From Gavia stellata (lineage: Eukaryota): a DNA stretch of 64,000 nucleotides. Under the pieces are notes generated by a model. That model made no database searches, was not told the DNA's origin, and worked only from the letters and a program-made list of their open reading frames with translations. Position numbers and translations under genes: made by a program. Position 1 is the stretch's first letter. Every line of letters begins with the position of its first letter. Shown piece by piece: positions 13,104-26,997 of this stretch. The DNA lies in contig NC_082627.1 of assembly GCF_030936135.1 (NCBI RefSeq), positions 205,172 through 269,171 of the forward strand, read 5' to 3'.

Positions 13104-15289
13104 TCCTATATCACTACACACCATTACACACACTAAATAGGTTATTGTCTACTTGAAAGGTGCTTATACAGTACCATTATCTTCACCAGGATGCATAGAT
13201 GCATATCTTAGTTATCAGGGTGAGTCTCCACCTCCGTCCTCAAGGATACCTGAATTCCGTTGCTATAATCTGATTCCATATACAGTAACAGCAGGTCACA
13301 GGCTAGCACAGATGAGGTGTGCTCCTCAAGGAGGTTTCTGTGGGGAAAAGCTGTCCCCAGCCCAGGCAGAGGGGAGGTGGCCTCTCCCTGCACTCCCCTG
13401 CCATGCTGAGCCCACCTCAACACCCCACCTCAGCCTACTGCTGGGAGGCTTCGCACAGCCCTCCAAGGCTGCTGGAGCTGCCTCTGGCTCAGGGGCTGCC
13501 TGGCAGTGGGACGATTCAGCATCCCTAGAGCCCCAGCGGTGCTGGGAGCAGGGGCAGGAGCTGGGACATCGGGGTGACACAGCAGGAGGAGTTGGGACAT
13601 CGGGGCAAGCAGCGTTGAGCCTCCAGCTTGCGCCCAGCCCGCCGGCTCACAGTCACGCTGGATGGAGCAGAAGGTCATATCAGAAGCTGCAAGGGTTAAA
13701 CAGCGAGGTTTGCCCAGCTGTGCCTAAGGGGGAGTCATGCAGGAGCAATTGGCAGTAAAGAAGAGTAAAGGGGCTTGATCACCGTGGAGTAGAGAGATGG
13801 GGAAGGCAGGCAGGCAAGAAAGTCAAAGTAAGCCAGTGAACGGGCATCAGGGGCCCAGACCCCCCCCACCCCTAGGCATAATTGTCCCTTTGCTCCACCA
13901 GAAAGCTGCTCTCTGTTCTCAGACAGTCATCGGCACCGGAATTCCCCCCAGGCTGTAACTGGGAAACTTCCAGATGCCAGGGGAGACCTTTCTGGGGGGG
14001 GCGTCCTGGGGAGGTGGGCCTGTTGGGTGAAATCGACAGCTGCCAGATTTATAAAGGACTGGCTGAAGGCAAGATTCCTTGTCTGGAGTAGGAATCCCGT
14101 TTCACCAGCCAGTGTTTTTGAGGGGCCCTATAACAAAATACGTGTGCTTGTACATACACGCTCCTGCATGTTATTTTCTGTCACATAAGACTCTGATTTT
14201 ATGAATATCGTGACCTGTGTGTGCATCTTATTGGGAACTTGACCCTTAGCCTGTGCGTTCACTGCCTTTGGCTGTAGCGAGCCCAAGTGTGTGGGCACCA
14301 TTTGAACTGATTCCCACAAACTGCTTTCCTTTTTGCACTTTTTACTGCTTGCTTGGTGGAGTAGATTTTTTTCTTCTTTTTTTTTCCCTTTTGTGTTGGT
14401 CTGAGCTTATCCAGGGTTGGCCAGATTGCTGGATATGTGTCTCAAGAAATATTTCTGTGACAGGAAAACTGTCAATTACCTGGCTAGGTCTGTGGGGTTT
14501 GAGTATTTGCCTTAACCCTTCAGCCGCTGGTGTCTTTGAAACCAACTACACACTGCCCTGGGTGGCATCTGGCTGTCCCGGGTCTGGGTCACTGGTTGCT
14601 TTATAGCGCCTGGACTGATGGCAGAAAGTCTGTAGAGTGGACTCCCCTGCCCCCATGCTGTACAGGAACCGCACTAGGTGCTGTGTGTTGGACTGAAGGC
14701 AGCCCTTGCTCCTCCACGCAGACCCTGTTTGACAAATCAACCAATTTTATTCTGCTGCCCCACACCTGGGAGACAAGCCCTGCAGCAAAAGTGGAAGGCT
14801 TTTGAGGGAGGGCGGTCACTGCAAGGACTAGAAATGCATCTGACAGTCTGGCTCTCTGGGGGCTCAGAAGCAACTGAGCTCGGAAAGAAAGGAAATGTGG
14901 AATTAGTTCTTACAAAAAACACATTTAAAACTCCTTCTAAGTCAGCCTGTTGGAGCAACCAAATTCTTGGTAGTGTGTGGGAAGTGCACAAAGCAAAACA
15001 GACCAGCAGCTCCCACTAGCAGGATGCTGCTAAATGCCACAAGTGGGTGATTGTGAAATGTGTTCATCTGATTCGTGTCAATATGGAACAATGCTAGGGC
15101 CGCATGATGAAATGCGACTTTCTGTCCTACATACCCTTTTTAACCATAAGCCTAAGAAACACAGAGTGGTTAATGTATATAGTTCTTGTATCTTGCAAGG
15201 GTTGCCTGACAAATATTCCAAAACTGGTTTTGTTGCTAACCGCATAGTATTAAGCAAAAGAAGTCTAATGTGAGGGATACCCCCAAAAG

Positions 15290-16400
15290 CGATTTTATGC
15301 GAGTGTGATTTGGATTTCGATCCGAGTGACTATAGTCACGGGGTGGATAATGTGGAATTTGGATAATGAGGTGGGATTCCTGTGCACAAAGAGCTGTTAA
15401 GACTGCCCTTGCTATCTCTTGTGCGACCCGGGGGAGTGGAGACTCGCCCGGCTAACACAGGATGCAGATAAGGAGGGGGCCCTGTGGAGGCAGGATAGCC
15501 CTGCTTGTGGTCAGCAAAGACAGTAAGATAACAGGAATGTGAGAGGTCCTTTGTTTCTTTGAAAAGGCTTCATGTCCGATAACTGACCTTTGCTTCATTA
15601 CCTGTGAAATGCATATTACAACTCACACCCCTGCATATGCTAATGAAGATTATAGAGGTCATGCTAAACATATATGACTATAGCACTCGTCTCTCCACCC
15701 AAATCATGCTACACGTCACATATGGGGGGGGGGGAACCTAATTCATTTACAAAGACCAACCTTTCCTATGAATATGTAGCAGCAGGAGAAATATAAACCA
15801 AAAACAAGAACTGTACAGTGTGCGTCTTGGTGGAGCAGAGACTCCCGGCGCACCCAGCGCTGTTTGCTTGCCTCTATTCATTTAATAAATTGTAAACTTT
15901 AATTGCAATCCTATTTGGGGTTGAGTCATTTATCACAGTGATTAAACAGGGGAAAAAACCCTGGAGGGCTGGCTGCTCTAAAGGAGCAGATCCCATTTCT
16001 GCAGGCTGTGAGGCTTATGTCAGTCGCTGCAAATGGGCAAAATTGAAAGGCAGTAAAAAGGCAGCTTGTGCCATTTGCACCCTGTGCTATGCCTTACGGG
16101 AGTCACGGGGTCTGCTAACAAAAAAAGATGGGGAGGTAAAGAAGTGGGCAAAAGAAATGCAGAGACTAGAGGAGGAGGAAATTCCCAAATTAGCAGCACA
16201 AAACACCATCTTAATCATAAGAGCGGAAGATCTTCCGGCCCACAGACAGAGCCTCAGCTTACAAATGTACAAATTACACAACTAGAGACTGAAGCTGGAA
16301 AAGTACAAGATTTAGAAATAGATTATTTTAGAACGAGCTAGAGACAGCTAGCACAGCAGCTCACCTTTTAGCAGAGCAACATAAAGCCACTAAGATAAGT
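15290..16400 (+). mobile_element. Probable ERV fragment: LTR-like block with AATAAA, then a leader and short retrovirus-like ORF
   Basis: An AT-rich U3-like block with aataaattgtaaactttaattgcaatcc at about 15880 is followed by ORF 15938-16285 (cysteine and lysine-rich, MIKQGKKPWRAGCSKG…CAICTLCYALRE). No cellular homology was recognised. Confidence 0.35.
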
Positions 16401-17554
16401 CAGGATCAAGGGAACGCAATCATTGCAGATAGAGGAGAAAAACTTCACTTGCACAAAGGGTTAATAGCTGCTGTGAAGGCGGAAGAAATTCCTGATGTTT
16501 TCCTAAACCCTGAACCTTCCTGCATGAGAATTTATTCTGAAACTTGCAAAGATACACTGCCAAAAGTTCCTTTCCATCTTTAACTGGAGGGATTCCACCC
16601 TGTTAACCCAACAGTAACCTGAAAGGCTGAAAGGACAGGGAATAGAGGAGCAAATGTTCAGGAACAGTAAGGGCAAGAGTTGGGTGGAAGCCCTGTGAGG
16701 CTGAGGCCATTGCAGACCAGTTAGGTCCCTTAAATAGAAGTGTTCTAACAAACTGGTGCACTTGCCCGTGAAGCATACATCCAAGCTTCAGTGGAGTGCA
16801 CTTAACCCAGCTGGCTCATGCAAGCCCGTCTGATACAGATGTGCATATGTTTGGGGAAGATTTAAGAACTTTAGAAAATCAGACATGAACTTTAACAGAT
16901 GATTGCAAGAGGTTTAACCCTGTTTTTTCCTGGGGAAGAGTCTTAATGCTCTGTTTAAGAATCTCGGAGCCCAAATGAAGATCCTGAAGCTTATATAGCC
17001 AGAAAGAAGCTTTCAGGCATCCTCTCTGGTAAAGCTCCTCTCCATGCTGGGACCCCTAATTATGACAGAAATTAATTTATGGCTTCTGTCCACAGAGGAC
17101 TGAGTTCCTTGATGAAATTAAGCTCAGGACTTTTTGACCCCACACAGAGCACGTGGGAGGAATTTTCCACCGGTTTGCACAGAGTGGCTGCACTGCTGCA
17201 GGATACTGGGACCAGCAGGAGACCCAGTCGATTGCAAGGGAGAAACTCCTCTGAACCCATTCAAACTGTAATTTATTCTGATCATGGCCCTCACTCCACT
17301 TCAGCACCAGGGCAGAAAACCTCACAAAACCGGAATTTCAATATTCCTTCAAGAAGTAAGTCTGAGCTCTAGTCAGACACCATTCCTTCATCAAAACCAC
17401 TTTGTCAAAGAAAGCCAAAGCCATGCAAAGGTGCAACTCAGCTCATCCTCTACTCAGAATCCCTGTCCAAAATCGCGTACATTCACACAAGATCCATCCA
17501 GAAACTGACTCTGGAAGGAACTGAGTGATTTGAAGAAGATATGACAACCTATCA

Positions 17555-18060
17555 CAGAATCACACAGAATTACAGAATCATTAAGGTAGGAAAAGACCTG
17601 TAAGATCATCAAGTTCAACCATCAACCCAACACCACCATGCCCACTAAACCATGTCCCGCAGTGCCATGTCTACATGTTTTTTGAACACCTCCAGTCATG
17701 GTGACTCCACCACCTCCCTGGGCAGCTTATTCCAGTGTCTCACCACTCTCTCAGTAATAAAATTTTTCCTAGTATCCAGTCTAAACCTTCCCTGGCGCAA
17801 CTTGAGGCCATTTCCTCTTGTCCTGTCACTCGTCACTTGGGAGAAGAGGCCAACACCCATCTCACCACAACCCCCTTTCAGGTAATTGTAGAGAGCGATA
17901 AGGACTCCCCTCAGCCTCCTCTTCTCCAGACTATCATAACCAGTCTGATATCCAGGGTCTCTACTCTGCTGCTCTCCTTCCGTGCTCCGCTGAACTCCAC
18001 TATTTCACGTTGCCTGAAGTCAAGGTAGTCACTGAATGTCTTTGCCCCAACTCTACTGGT
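17555..18060 (-). mobile_element. CR1 LINE 3' fragment
   Basis: Reverse complement of the CR1 tail (gaaaagacctgtaagatcatcaagttcaaccatcaacccaacaccaccatgcccactaaaccatgtccc) plus the antisense ORF2 C-terminus. Confidence 0.8.
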
Positions 18061-21000
18061 TATGAGATTCCCCTTCTTGCCACTGGGATCCACATTTTTG
18101 CCTTCACACCCTCAAAACTCCAGCACCAAAACCACCCACGAGAGTAGAGGGTCACCTCCCATCATGCAGCCAGGACCAGGCCCAAGAAGTGAGGCCCAGG
18201 CTCAACACCTTCTCTGCCTGGGAGGTCTAAACCAGCTCTTCCCTCCTCTCCCAAGAGGCAGGGATGGCAGTCACCTGTACCTCTCCTTCCAGCCCATCAG
18301 ATGGCTCTTCTCCCCACAGCTAAGGAAACAGAAGAAAGATGCAGAGTGCAAGGCACGGGGAGAAAGGCAGAGAAATACTGCGGACTATTTCAGGCCACAC
18401 ATTTTTGGATATGCCTCCAATGGCCCTTCCATGCTTGCCATGATGTGACATAGGCTCCTGTGTCCAAAGAGAGTCCCATGTGCAGCCTGAGACTGAGACT
18501 GGTGGGAACAAGGCTGGGGGTGAGCCAGAATTCACTGAGAGGTTTGAAGAGGGGCAAATAAACATTGGAGGGATCCTTTTGCATTCAGCTGCTCAGGGCT
18601 TCTATGTCCCATATTTTTATCCTATTCTGAGTGCCCGACAGTGACCACGTGGATGGGAGGGGTGTCTGAACCAAGGCCAGTGTGGCTTGCTGACAGGGAA
18701 ACATGGCTGCAGTAGCAATGACACCTCCTCTCTCTCACCTCCTGCCTCTCCCCTCCCTCAGCCCCTCCATGCCTGCCCCCAGTTGCAGCCACAGCCTCTT
18801 CAGCTCCAAACAAGTGTTGGGCATTGGCCTGCTATAGAGAACTGCTTGGTGCTAGGTTCTAACCCAGGTCAACCCCTTGTCAAAAAAAGTCACAGGATGT
18901 CACATCCCACCCAGTGCCTCTGGGACTGGGATTCTGAAATCTCAGCGTGACATGGCCACTTAACTGTCCCCAGCTTCTCCTGGACCTGGCACACACTTAC
19001 TCAGTCTGTCGTGTCCCCATCCTCTTGGCTGCTCTTTTCTCCTCCTCATTTGTGCAAAGGAAGTTAACTTACACTGCCACAGTCCTAATCTGATAATCTG
19101 ATGCCTGGTGGTACTCAAGGACTTTCTGAACACTTGGATTTTCCTCTGCCAGCTTCTCACCAGCCTTTTCTTCCCCAGCTGGGGGTAGGAATGAGAGTGA
19201 CCAACACAAGTGGTTGGGTTTCAGTACTTCACTGAACCTGCACGGCAATTTGACATATTTTAGCCATGCTTCCAACTCACTCAGGTGATCTGAATATGCA
19301 CCACTAGGGCAGCCAGAGCCTAAAGACACTGTGCTGTCACCAGCCCCTTTGATCTGGTGTGGCCTCAGGTACCACTGACAGGGACCCCAGAGCCCCAGCT
19401 GGAGAACCAGAAGAGCCACTTTAGCACAGCCCCAAGGGCATGTCCCAGCCTCACAAATGAGGCATCAAAAATGAGTGGAGGGACTGTCCTCAAGCTTGAC
19501 TCCCTTCTGAGCAACTCCTCCAACAGAAGAGCCATTTGCAGTACCTGCCGGGGCATGGAGCATTCAGAAATACCAGCTGTATCTGGGACTGTTGGACTGC
19601 CCTGAGACTTTCTTACCCCAAGAGTTACTGGAGATTTCCCATCATAGGGAAGCAGTGTCACATCTTGTGTCTCGTGCTGCCTGAGGCATTGCACGGTAGC
19701 CTTGGCTCCAGTCCCCTAACAAGGAGGACAGAAGGAGAAGGCACACACCCCTGCCTGTGGTCAGCTCTTCCACTACCTATCTTGTCCAGGCATCATCTTC
19801 TCCCCGCTCCTCTTCCCAGGTGGGCTTCACAGGTCCTATAGGCCTCACAAATGGCTTTCCAGCTGCTATCTCAAACATGCACATGGAAGGCACTACATTT
19901 CCTTTGCATCTTGCATTAATAATTGGGACACGGGGACACTTGGGAGTTACTGTGCCATCCATCCTTTTCCAAAGTAGAAGCAGCATTAGGAAGCTGAGTG
20001 AAGACCTCCAGTGCCTGGAGGGGCAGAAAATTCCTCATCAGGCTGTCCTTCCTGTGAGAAAGCTTATTCTAACCCAAAGCCTCTGTGTTGCCATTGGAGA
20101 TCATCTTCCATCACACTCCTGTTCACACTCATGTCCAGGCAGAACAGAATAGTCTCCTTTCCTCCAGCTCTCCAGCACCATTTCTAATTCCAGTCTTGAC
20201 TTCCAAGAAATCTAATGGGAAAGAATACACAAGACCCATCCTTTTCTTTGCACTTTTCCCTGAGCATTCGGGGGTGGGATCCCAGGCTGGATGGGTCTTT
20301 CATTGAATCCAGTACAGCTATACCCAAGTCATCTGAATTCTAGAGAAGAAGCAGTGCAGGGAGCTGACTTTACCAGGATTGTTCACGTGCCTAGAAAGGT
20401 CGTGGCAGGCCAATAGAAATCCTTTCACTTGTACTTTGCTAGGGTTTTGAAAGAACAAGAAATACCGCTGGAGAAAAGAAAAACTTATCCCAAGAAGAGC
20501 TTCTGCCAGCTGTTCAGTCTCATTCAGCCTTTGCAGAAACTATTTGTAAAATCTTATTTTCACATCTTTTCCTAGAATAACCAGTGTGCCAATTGTCCTT
20601 CAAAATAAGGGCAACCCTCTTCCCACTCTGGAGGCAGTGAAAGAATAGGTCCATGGTCCCTCCTACGCAAAGCCTCCACTGTGTTCTGATAAACCGTGAT
20701 GTTCCAGGCTACCCAAGCATACTTCATGGACTCAGCTTGCTTCTGACCTAGGAAGAAGCAACAGAGGACCAAAGTCACTAACAGAGAAGTTCAGCAGGCT
20801 AAAAGAGAGAGCCAGGAGCTTTGAGGTCTTCCAGCAAGGCAGTTCTACAGAGCTATCGTCTTCAACCCTCCAGTAAAGTTTATGAAGGTGGTTGATGTCA
20901 TCTCTCCCTAGGAGAAGTTCAAGGCACTCTGTAACCTGATGCAGTGCCAAGTATACAGCAATGCTTTTTTTCCCAACAGAAATAGAAAAAAAAAAAAAAA

Positions 21001-21689
21001 GGTCCTAGTCATCTGGTATGAACATGAGGCAGGATGGCAGGACAAGAAGCGGGGGAAGAGGGTCAGTTCCCATGAGAACGGAGCAGGTGCAGGTCAACGT
21101 AATTGTGTCCACACTCAGGGCACTCCAGGTTTGAAGAAACTTAGCTGTGCCACATCACATGGATGCAATGATGAAGGAGAACACAAGGACTCCACAACAG
21201 CCCTTTAAGATCCTGCTGGCCAGTGCCAGGACCCTCAGAATTGGTCAGCAAACACCCTGCACTGCCAGAGGCCTGTCCCTGAGGGATGCCAAGCTGATGT
21301 TCATATCACAGATCAATGGAGTCATTTGAAAGACAGACTCCAAGCACAGCTCTAAGCTCCTGGTGAGCCCCACAGGACCACCGATGTCACATTACAGCTG
21401 CAGTGCTGGCAGCGCTGGCCAGCAATCACAGCACACCCGGACTCTGATGGGTTTTCCCATACCCTGCTGTTCCCATCTCCATTTCAAGGCTCTCTACAGC
21501 TGGCTTCAACCCTCTTCTAAGTAGAAGAATACTGAGAGCCAGCATGAATGACGGTGTTTGCCTTTACAAGGTCTGGCGAGGCATAAACATAGGCAAACAG
21601 TTTGAACTAATCTGACTAGAAGCAGCAGCCCCAACACAGCTGGTATGTAGGCACCTATTAAAGCAAGGGATGGGGCAGGGGGAGAAAGA

Positions 21690-22420
21690 ATCACAGAATC
21701 ATTAAGGTTGGAAAAGACCTGTAAGATCATCAAGTCCAACCATCAACTAACACCACCATGCCCACTAAACCATGTCCCACAATGCCACATCCACACGCTC
21801 CTTGAATACCTCCAGGGAGGGTGACTCCACTACCTCCCTGGGCAGCCTGGTCCAATGTTTCACCACTCTCTCAGTAATGAAGTTTTTCCTAGTATCCAGT
21901 CTGAACCACCCCTGGCGCAACTTGAGGCCATTTCCTCTTGTCCTGTCACTCGTCACTTGGTCGAAGAGACCAACACCCACCTCTCTGCAACCTCCTTTCA
22001 GGTAATTGTAGAGAGCGATGAGGTCTCCCCTCAGCCTCCTCTGCTCCAGGCTGAACAACCCCAGCTCCCTCAGCCACTCCTCATAAGACTTGTGCTCCAG
22101 ACCGCTCACCAGCTTCGTCGCCCTTCTCTGGACGCGCTCCAGCACCTCAATCTCCTTCTTGTAGTGAGGGGCCCAAAACTGAACACAGCATTCGAGGTGC
22201 GGCCTCACCAGCGCCGAGTACAGGGGCACGATCACCTCCCTGCTCCTGCTGGCCACACTATTTCTGATACAGGCCAGGATGCTACTGGCCTTCTTGGCCA
22301 CCTGGGCACACTGCTGGCTCTTCTTCAGGCGGCTGTCAACCAACACCCCTAGGTCCTTTTCTGCGGGGGAGCTTTCCAGCCACTCCTCCCCAAGCCTGTA
22401 GCATTGCATGGGGTTGAGAG
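21690..22420 (-). mobile_element. CR1 LINE 3' fragment (ORF2 C-terminus plus tail)
   Basis: Minus-strand ORF 21765-22409 encodes the CR1 ORF2 C-terminus (…[25 protein letters not shown]…[17 protein letters not shown]…[20 protein letters not shown]). The reverse-complemented tail lies at 21690-21765. Confidence 0.9.
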
Positions 22421-24289
22421 TATAATTTTATTTTGCATTAAGAAGTCATGATAATTAAAATCAAACCCTGAAGCTGGTCTCAGGACCTGATGAAGGAGTT
22501 CTAGATTTCTACGAGTCACTGCTAAACAGCAATTATCCACAGCCCAGAGGCATCACAAGGGAAAGCAGAAGTTTCAGTGTATTCCTACCAGTAACCTGGT
22601 AAGAACACATTCTTAGCCTACAACTGCTGAGGCCATGAACCTCTACCATATACATGGAAAGACAAAATGTGGGTCTGCAGACAGTCAGAAAACCCTACTT
22701 ATTCTCTTACAACACTGAAGATCCCGAGTTGAATAATTCTGACATCTTGAAAATAGGAAAGCACGACTAGTCTGTTTGATGGACAAAAACTGATTACTTG
22801 GAGCACAGGGATGGTGCTCTGGGCCCTGTCCATTCCTGACCTATGAAGGGGCAAGACAGACCACTCTGGAGAAGCCGTGGAGAAGCCTTGGAGAAGTCCT
22901 TTCGAAGAGCATTCCAGATGTTTTCTGCCCCTTCTTCTTCATCCTCTCAAAAATGCATGTAAAACTGGAAAAATCATCCCTCAAATACATAAGATCATAA
23001 GAAGGGTTTCCAAGAACGAAGGTAACCTCAGAAAAATGCGCCAAGCTCTGTATTTGATCTTTCTACTCTGACAGGTGGGTCTAGAGAAGGCCGTGAAAGC
23101 ATCCATCACAACCAATTTAGGGAGAGCTGGTCCATTGCACATGCAATCTGCAGTGTCATTTTGAAGGGGTTTTCTTTTGTTTTCTAAGGAGGGGAAAAAC
23201 AATTGCACACATGGCACAGGGGTGTCAGGACTGCTGAAACCATCGGAGTAGGAGGGGAGGGACAGGACAACGACCCACCTTGCTCAGCACTAGCTGCTCT
23301 ATGTCAAACACTCCTCCCCAGATAGCAAGGGTCTTTGGAAAGCAAGTGAAAGGCACATCATGCTCCAGGTTGGCCAGCTGACAACCATTCAGCACATGCC
23401 TAACCAAGATGACAAACGCAGGTGTAATCAAATGGCAAGCCCCTCTCCAAACTTGACCTCATCCATGACAGGGGCTGCAAAGCTGAGCTGGGTAAGGCCT
23501 TCAGGCTATAACTTTTAATATCACCCCAGGAGAGGTCTGGAGCTGAAGCAGAGGCATTGAGACATGGTTATCCTGCCACCCAACAGCCACGAGCACCTCA
23601 GGCACGTTAGAATGTAGTCACTCTCCTGCTATGACATCACTCTTGTTTGTCATCACGTTTCAACGCGCTGGAGGTGTAGGTTGTGAGGAGGGACAGTTCT
23701 GAGCAAGTAGTCATGTGTAATTAAACTGTGAACTTAAAATGTTTTAGGCCCAAGAGGGAACATCCCACCACTGAGATGGTCTGTCTCTGGGGATACTTGG
23801 TGCTAACCCACATGCAGAGGAGGAACTCAGGGCTCATCAGAGGTGACAGAATCACTCAACCACCCAGGTGGGAAGGGACCTTGGGTGGTCTCCAGCCCAC
23901 ACTCCTGCTCACATCAGGATCAACACTGAAGCCACCCCAAGTTCCTCAGGGCTTTGTCCAACAGAGTTCTAAACCCCTTGAAGAACACAGTCCATAACCT
24001 CTCTGGACCTGTTCAAATGCTTCGTCATCCTTACTGACTTCGTTCCTTCACATCCAGTCTGACTTGCGCTTGTTTCATGACGATCACCTATTATTCACCG
24101 CAAATCTTGTAAAGACTGCTATCCTTTTGCCCCAATGGAAAGTGAATGTGCACCATCAACACTGGGTCAGGATCCTGTGTGTATGTGAAGCACGTGTCTG
24201 TATTCACGCTACAGGAAGGATGTATAGTCTGGGGAGAGGTGTCTGTGTGCTGTGGTCACACGTGTGGGTGTGTTATGTGTGTGTGTGTT

Positions 24290-24945
24290 TGTATGTGCCC
24301 TGGGCATGCTGGTGGACACCAAGTTGACCACGAGCCAGCAATGTGCCCCCGTGGCAAAGAAGGCTGAGGATATCCTGGGCTGCATTAGGAGTGCTGCTCA
24401 GGGGAGGTGATCCTGCCCCTCAGCACTGGTGAGGCCCCACCTGGAGTGCTGTGTCCGGTGCTGGGCTCCCCAGTACAGGAAAGACACGGACATACTGGAG
24501 AGTCCAACAAAGGGCCACGAAGATGGTCAAGGCACTGGAGCATCTCCCCTAGGAGGAAAAGCTGAGAGAGCTGGGACTGTTCAGCCTGGAGAAGAGAAGG
24601 CTCAGGGGGACCTCATCAATACGTGTAAATACCTGAAGGGAGGGTGCAGAGAGGACGGAGCCAGGCTCTTTCCAGTGGTGCCCTGTGCCAGGACCAGAGG
24701 CAACGGGCACCAACTGTGAGACAGGCGGTTCCCTCTGAACATCAGCAAACACTTTTTCACTGTGAGGGTGACCGACACTGGCACAGGTTGCCCAGGGAGG
24801 TGGTGGAGTCTCCATCCTTGCCGGTATTTGAAACCCGACTAGACACGGCCATGGGCAACCAGCTCTAGGTGGCCCTGCTTGAGCAGGGCGGCTTGGGCCA
24901 GATGATCTCAAGACATCCTTTCCAGCCTAAACGACTCTGGCTCAT
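24290..24945 (+). mobile_element. CR1 LINE 3' fragment, near-identical to the copies at 1-1000 and 33290-34850
   Basis: Same sequence as 34240-34850 (…gacaccaagttgaccacgagccagcaatgtgcc…ggtgaggccccacctggagtgctgtgtccggtgctgggctccccagtacaggaaagacacggacatactggag…). It ends right at the CpG island. Confidence 0.85.
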
Positions 24946-24949
24946 GCCC

Positions 24950-26300
24950 AATTTACCCAGGCGACCGAGCAACCCAGCCCCCCGGGGCCACCTCCTGCGT
25001 GACCCCCTCAGTTCCTGAGGGACCCAGGCGCCCAGGTGCCCCCTGCCCTCCAAACCCCCTCGGCTTGTGTCTCGAATACTCACCGGTCCCCATCTCACTC
25101 CCCACCGTCTCCCCACAGCCTCCCCAGCTCCTGCGTCCCACCGTCCCCGTCCCACCTCGCCACGTCACCCCCACCAGCGGCAGGGGAGCGGCGGCGCATG
25201 CGTGCTGCCAGGGCGCGGCAGGCAAGATGGCGGCGCCGGTTGCCGAGCAACGGGGCCGGGCCTGGGGCGGTGGGTGCCGGCCTGCGCCCTGCGGGGCTGT
25301 GGCTCCCGCGGGAGCCTGGGCCGGTCTCCATCCCGGCCCCGCCGCCGGCGCCGGCCCCGACCCCTCTGCCCCCTTCCGCCCCGCCGCGGCGGGACCGGCC
25401 GCGCCCGCTTCGTCCCGTCCTGTGGCCCGGCCCAGCTGGGAGACCTCTGGCCCTGGGGCGGGGCAAACCGTGCCCTGGGGGGGGGTTAAACCCAGAGGCG
25501 GGCGGGGGAGGATGGGGGTAAATACCGCCCTGGAGGGGTCTGATTGTGCCCTTGGGGGGGGGTAGGTCCTGCCGGGGGCGGGGGGGGCACGGAGGGGCTG
25601 TAACCACGGGCCCGTGGGGCGGGCCCCGATGGGATGGGCCCTGCCTGCCCCCTGGGCTGGGCCTGGGCAAAGGCTTTTCCGGGCTCCCCTGCCCCACAGG
25701 GAAGTGCCCAGCCCCACAGCGAGTATCCTGCCCCACGGCGAGGTGGTCTCCTGCCGACGACGGTGAGGTCTCCTTCCCGCCCCCCCTGCACCCTCCCTCA
25801 GCCCCGTGGCAAGCTGGTCTGCCCCACAGCAAGCTTCCCTACCCCAGGCATCCCACCCTGCGGTGAGCTCCTCTGCCCCATGCTGAGCTCTTCTGCCCTC
25901 CCCCCGTGACCCATCTGCCCCACAGCAAGCTTTTCCCATCCCCTGCCAAGGTCTCCTACCCCATGAGCCCTATGGTGAGGTCTTCTGCCCCACTCCAGCA
26001 AGCTTATCTGCCCCACAGTGACATCATCTGCAGCTTTTCCACCCTGTGGCGAGGTCTCCCACCCCACCATGAGCCCCATGGGGAAGTCTTCTGCCTTTGT
26101 GTCGTTCCCCCCCACCCCCCCACCCCCCCCCAAATGAGCCCATCCATCCCACAGCAATCTCGTCAGCACCATAGCAAGCTTTTCCACCTTGTGGCAAGGT
26201 CTCCCACCCCACAGTGAGCCACAACAAGCTGTTCTGTCCCGCAGCAAGCTCATCTACACTCCGGGAAGGTCTCCTGCCCCACAGTGAAGACGCCTGCCCC
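24950..26300 (+). promoter_or_regulatory. MVP: CpG island, probable MVP promoter and 5' UTR region
   Basis: GC content is extreme and CpG is dense (ccgccgccggcgccggcccc…). It sits immediately upstream of the MVP start codon at 26301 and contains poly-C tracts at about 26105-26135. TSS not determinable from sequence. Confidence 0.6.
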
Positions 26301-26419
26301 ATGGGGGACCCTGTGATCCGCATACCCCCCTACCACTATGTCCATGTGCTGGACCTCAACAGCAACATCACTCGCGTGGAGGTTGGGCCCCACACCTACA
26401 TCCGGCAGGATCACGAGAG
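26301..26419 (+). CDS. MVP: MVP coding exon 1 ([39 protein letters not shown]-)
   Basis: The ATG is followed by a sequence matching the human MVP N-terminus ([36 protein letters not shown]). Donor gag|gtgggt. Confidence 0.9.
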
Positions 26420-26679
26420 GTGGGTGCTATGGGGCAGGGAGGCACCTATCAGTTCAGGGCGTCTGGTTCCTACCTCTGGCAGGACCAAAAAAGGTGACTG
26501 CTGTGGAACGGGGGGATCTATAGGATGATGGGTCCCACCCAGGACTGGCAGGACCTGTAGTCTGGCAGGACTACAAAATGTGGGTGCTACAGGACAGGGA
26601 GTAGATTTATGTGGCTGTAGGGTGATCTAGATTTATAGTTGTGGGGTCTCTGTAGGGCTGGGGGGGGCGGTGGTTGGGG

Positions 26680-26960
26680 GGCTCTACAGGGCCACGAGGG
26701 GGTTGAGAGGATCTGTAGGACCGTTGGTGCTATTTAGGGCTGTGGGGGATGCTGGGGGGCTGTTTAGGACTATGGGGGCTCTATGGGCCCTGAGAAGCAT
26801 TGCGGTTATATAGGGCCATGGGAGTGTTTGTGGGCTCTGTAGGGCCATAGGGGCTCTGTAGGGTTCTAAGGATTCCATAAAGCTGTAGAAGGCCATAGGA
26901 GGGCTGTGGGGCTCTATAGGACTGGGAGACTTGATGGGCTCTATAGGGCCTTGCGGGCTC
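26680..26960. repeat. Intronic minisatellite of CTATAGGGC-type units (MVP intron 1), reverse complement of the array at 27200-27440
   Basis: ctgtagggccataggggctctgtagggttct… units are repeated more than 20 times. Confidence 0.85.
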
Positions 26961-26997
26961 CATAGGGCCGAGGGGAGCAATGCGGGGCCACCCGCAG

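Noticed and set aside
24953-25939. ORFs of 328, 245, 188, 161 and 140 aa overlapping on both strands in 24950-25940
   Set aside because: CpG-island composition artifact. Proline, arginine and glycine-rich translations with no domain signature, mutually overlapping in all frames.
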